Below, piece after piece: positions 60,840 to 64,000 of a DNA stretch of 64,000 nt (within the stretch, counting starts at the first letter, position 1; the number at the start of each line of letters is the position of its first letter). The translations under genes were made by a program, and so were the position numbers. The DNA comes from an uncultured Gammaproteobacteria bacterium (GTDB lineage: Bacteria > Patescibacteriota > Patescibacteriia > XYB2-FULL-38-15): the NCBI GenBank assembly GCA_965231095.1, contig OZ246416.1, forward strand, positions 741,595 to 805,594, given 5' to 3'. The notes below the pieces were generated by a model. That model made no database searches and was not told the DNA's origin. It saw only the letters and a program-made list of their open reading frames with translations.

Positions 60840-61898
60840 ATGAAAATTTTAGGCATTGAAACGTCTTGCGATGAAACATCAGCGGCAGTTCTTGAAATGA
60901 AGAACGGCCGTTTTTTGGTTTTATCAAATGTTGTTTCTTCACAAATAAAAATTCACGCCAAGTACGGCGGAGTGGTGCCGGAGGTGGCGGCGAGGATGCA
61001 TGTGGAGGCAATTTTGCCGGTCGTGGAAAAAGCGCTCGGAAAAGATGGCCTCGAAAAAATTGATGTGATTGCCGTGGCGGCCGGACCGGGTTTGATCACT
61101 TCGCTTTTAGTGGGAAACGAAACAGCAAAAATTTTGTCTTGGTTTTGGAAAAAGCCGCTTGTCGCATTGAATCATATGGAAGCGCACATTTACGCGAATT
61201 GGCTCGCTAATAAAAAAATAAATTTTCCGGCATTATGCCTTGTGGTGAGCGGGGGACATACAGAATTAATTTTGATGCGCGGGCATGGGAAATATGAAGT
61301 GATTGGCGAGACGCGCGATGACGCAGCCGGAGAATGTTTTGATAAGGCGGCAAAAATTTTGGGGCTCGGGTATCCCGGTGGACCGGCGATTGCAGCAGAA
61401 GCCGCGAGATTTAAGATTGAAGATTTAAGATTTAAGATTGAGTTGCCGCGGCCGATGATTGATACTAAAGATTTTGATTTTTCTTTTTCCGGATTGAAGA
61501 CGGCGGTGCTCTACGCGGCGCGCGATTTAAAAAATAAACACAACCACCCCCAGCCCCTCCTTCAAAAGGAGGGGGGATCCGAATTTGTGCCGGCGATGGC
61601 GCATGAAGTTCAGGAAGCGATCACAGATGTACTTGTGGCTAAAACAATTCAGGCGGCAAAAAAATATAAGGTAAAAACGGTAATGCTTGCTGGCGGCGTT
61701 TCGGCCAATAAGAGGTTGCGCGAGCGATTTGTGGAAGCAATGAAAAGTGAATTACCAAATACGAAATACCAAATACCGGAGACTAAATACTGCACCGACA
61801 ACGCGGCGATGGTTGCGGCAGCCGGATATTTTCACGTCGCGAAAAAAGATTTTACGAGTTGGCAGAAATTAAAAGTTGATCCGAATTGGGAATTATGA
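60840..61898 (+). CDS. tsaD: tRNA N6-threonylcarbamoyltransferase TsaD
   Basis: GIETSCDET, GGVVPEVAARMH, HMEAH, SGGHT, TDNAAM. Confidence 0.96.
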   Translation: MKILGIETSCDETSAAVLEMKNGRFLVLSNVVSSQIKIHAKYGGVVPEVAARMHVEAILPVVEKALGKDGLEKIDVIAVAAGPGLITSLLVGNETAKILSWFWKKPLVALNHMEAHIYANWLANKKINFPALCLVVSGGHTELILMRGHGKYEVIGETRDDAAGECFDKAAKILGLGYPGGPAIAAEAARFKIEDLRFKIELPRPMIDTKDFDFSFSGLKTAVLYAARDLKNKHNHPQPLLQKEGGSEFVPAMAHEVQEAITDVLVAKTIQAAKKYKVKTVMLAGGVSANKRLRERFVEAMKSELPNTKYQIPETKYCTDNAAMVAAAGYFHVAKKDFTSWQKLKVDPNWEL

Positions 61899-62332
61899 AA
61901 AAAGTTTTTAAAAATGAAAAAGAAACTTTGGCTTTTGCTGAGAAATTTTCCAAAACGCTCCATGGGGGGGAAGTGGTTGCTCTCGTTGGCGAACTCGGTG
62001 CCGGAAAAACGGTTTTTACGCGTGGGTTGGCGCGCGGGCTGGGAATTAAGCAAAAAATAAAAAGTCCGACATTTTTATTGATGAAAATATACAAAGTAAA
62101 AATTCAAAATTCAAAAGTCAAAAGCTTGGTACACGTGGATGCTTATAGGCTAAGTGGCGCGAACGAACTCGTGGACATTGGGCTCCTAGATTGGCTCGAC
62201 CGGCCGGATACGGTGACGGTGATTGAGTGGGCGGATAAAGTTTCGGAAATTTTGCGCGGAAGAAAAGTGATAAAAATAAAAATGGAATTGGGAAAGAGGG
62301 AAGCGGAGAGGATTGTCAAAACAACAAAATAA
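61895..62332 (+). CDS. tsaE: TsaE ATPase
   Basis: GELGAGKT, SPTF, HVDAYRL, IEWA; ATGA overlap with tsaD. Confidence 0.94.
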   Translation: MKKVFKNEKETLAFAEKFSKTLHGGEVVALVGELGAGKTVFTRGLARGLGIKQKIKSPTFLLMKIYKVKIQNSKVKSLVHVDAYRLSGANELVDIGLLDWLDRPDTVTVIEWADKVSEILRGRKVIKIKMELGKREAERIVKTTK

Positions 62333-62373
62333 CAAAATAACAAATAAAAAATTCCTTTAAAAGGGATTTTTTT

Positions 62374-62437
62374 GTCATTCCCGTAAAAACGGGAACCCAG
62401 TAATTTGAATCGGATCACCAATAGAGTTGGGAATGGC
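62374..62437. repeat. REP/dRS3-like palindromic element
   Basis: GTCATTCCCG-TAAAAA-CGGGAACCCAG...; related sequence at 63030-63080. Confidence 0.6.
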
Positions 62438-62518
62438 ATTTAGAAATGGCTTGACAGAAATGGAGCGGCATGATATAAATTAGAGTCTTAGCGGCGACAG
62501 AGTTAAGGAGGATTGAAG

Positions 62519-62869
62519 ATGGCGAGGACGAAGAAGCCGAACCAAACCGAAGAAGTCGAAATCAATCTGGGAAGGTTGTTACACGAGCAGCTGTGTACCG
62601 GGGATCACGTCGAGATGTGTTTTTGGGACAGGCGCGACTCTTGGGTGATTGGTGGGCCGAATGCTAGTCGCCCCGAGGGCAACGTTTACTGGATGATGGC
62701 CCGCAGAGTCCTCGAGATCGCAAAGCAGAGGGGGCTGACCGCTGCCGATGTGGTCGCGTTTGTCAATGCGTTACGAGAGCGGGTGGATACAGATGGCTAT
62801 TACGGCGCTTCGTACCGTTGCTACCGCCGTCTGTGCCGCCGTTTTCTTAAGTCGGCAAACCGGCGCTAG
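62519..62869 (+). CDS. hypothetical protein (GC-rich solo cassette)
   Basis: TTGACA(62451)-17-TATAAA promoter, AAGGAGG RBS, downstream hairpin and T-tract. Confidence 0.55.
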   Translation: MARTKKPNQTEEVEINLGRLLHEQLCTGDHVEMCFWDRRDSWVIGGPNASRPEGNVYWMMARRVLEIAKQRGLTAADVVAFVNALRERVDTDGYYGASYRCYRRLCRRFLKSANRR

Positions 62870-63092
62870 TGTTCGGCCGACAAGTTGGTTTCAAGCCTTC
62901 TTGTCGGTCTTTTTTTATTTTCAAAATTTATTGTTCGAGCGAAGTCGAGAACCAATAAGGTTTAGCTTCTCGATTCTCCCGCCAAGGCGGGATCGCTCGA
63001 AGAATAATAAAAACGGCCACTCGGCCGCTTCTGGATTCCCGCCGGAGTTTATCCCGTACTTGATGCGGGACGGGAATGACATTGTGAAAATT

Positions 63093-64000
63093 TTATTCCG
63101 CCGCGGAGAAAATTTCGGAAACGGAAGTGACGCCGGCCAGGGCTTTCAGTAATCCGTCCTGAACCATGGTCACCATCCCGGCTTTGGTCGCGATCTCTTG
63201 CATTTGATATTCGGAAATTTCGCCCGACAAAATTATTTTTTCAATGTCTTTGCTCATTATCATAATTTCATAAATACCGATTCGGCCCTTGTAGCCGAGA
63301 TTGTTGCACGCGTCGCAACCAGCGCCTTTATAAAATTTCATGGCTGATAAATCTTTTTCATATTTCTCTTTTGCGGTGTTTGGCAATTCATCAAGAATTT
63401 TTTTCACCCGCGCCATATTTTCCGCGTCCAATTTATCTTCCACTTTGCAACTTTCGCAAATTTTTCTGACCAAGCGCTGACCAATCACCGCGTTTAGAGC
63501 CGGCGCCAACAAAAACGGTTTTACGCCCATGGACATAAAGCGGGGAATGGCGCCCGAAGCGCTGTTAGTGTGAATGGTGGAAATTACCAAATGCCCGGTG
63601 AGCGCGGCCTGAATGGCAATGTCGGCGGTTTCAATGTCGCGGATTTCACCGACCATGACGACGTCCGGGTCTTGGCGCAAAATTGATTTCAAACCTTTGG
63701 CAAAAGTATAATCACGGGAATAATCAACTTGGCTTTGATTTATTCCTTCCAATTTATATTCCACCGGATCTTCCAAGGTGATAATTTTTACGCCCGGTTC
63801 GTTTAGTTTATTTAAAATGGAGTAAAGAGTAGTAGTTTTACCAGAACCAGTTGGACCGGTGGTGATAATCATGCCGTTTGGCCGTTCGGTCTGGGCTTTA
63901 ATTTGGGAAAAAGCCGGTTCCCAAAGTCCAAGTCCGTCAAAACTTAGTCCGGCGGTGGAAGGCATTAAGAGCCGCATGACAACCGATTCGCCGTATGAAG
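63093..64000 (-). CDS. GspE/PilB-family secretion ATPase (5' part outside window)
   Basis: TGPTGSGKTTT, TLEDPVE, RQDPD, GEIRD, TGHLV, CxxC pairs. Confidence 0.93.
   Translation of the reverse strand, partial: SYGESVVMRLLMPSTAGLSFDGLGLWEPAFSQIKAQTERPNGMIITTGPTGSGKTTTLYSILNKLNEPGVKIITLEDPVEYKLEGINQSQVDYSRDYTFAKGLKSILRQDPDVVMVGEIRDIETADIAIQAALTGHLVISTIHTNSASGAIPRFMSMGVKPFLLAPALNAVIGQRLVRKICESCKVEDKLDAENMARVKKILDELPNTAKEKYEKDLSAMKFYKGAGCDACNNLGYKGRIGIYEIMIMSKDIEKIILSGEISEYQMQEIATKAGMVTMVQDGLLKALAGVTSVSEIFSAAE

Noticed and set aside
929-62869. Additional VR copies at the 3' ends of other GC-rich orphan genes
   Set aside because: By eye, none matches the TR 3' block TTGGGCTGCTTCGCTCTG. Remote targets outside the window remain possible.
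1-64000. CRISPR array, rRNA, tmRNA, RNase P RNA
   Set aside because: No regularly spaced repeat-spacer units or diagnostic conserved motifs were seen.

Overview
This window is chromosomal DNA from a reduced, AT-rich bacterium using genetic code 11. The gene set and style (ychF, rpsF-ssb-rpsR, epmA-efp, recA, ftsK, uvrABC, pnp, comM, hppA, vanW-like, tsaD/E, PilB/GspE ATPase, GT-C glycosyltransferases, AT-rich leaders lacking Shine-Dalgarno sites) suggest Patescibacteria/CPR, which is an inference. The main finding is a complete diversity-generating retroelement (DGR) at about 42.3-45.5 kb. It has a target gene (42625-43332) with variable repeat VR (43216-43329), template repeat TR (43755-43871), a post-VR hairpin, an antisense Avd-like gene and an RT. 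The 16 core VR/TR substitutions all fall at TR adenines, and VR lacks one TR codon. The avd 5' end carries a C10 tract that may act as a phase switch. Next to it is a ~9-10 kb element integrated at tRNA-His. Its large serine recombinase reads into the tRNA, and its probable native C-terminus lies at the far end of the element. Cargo includes a HicAB-like pair and four zinc-ribbon genes. Other notable features: a ~700-nt promoter- and terminator-bounded ncRNA candidate, several smaller structured-RNA candidates, a 39-aa peptide ending GCSCCCC, dispersed GC-rich solo gene cassettes, and palindromic and heptamer repeats inserted in-frame in housekeeping proteins. All calls come from reading the sequence; no database searches were run.
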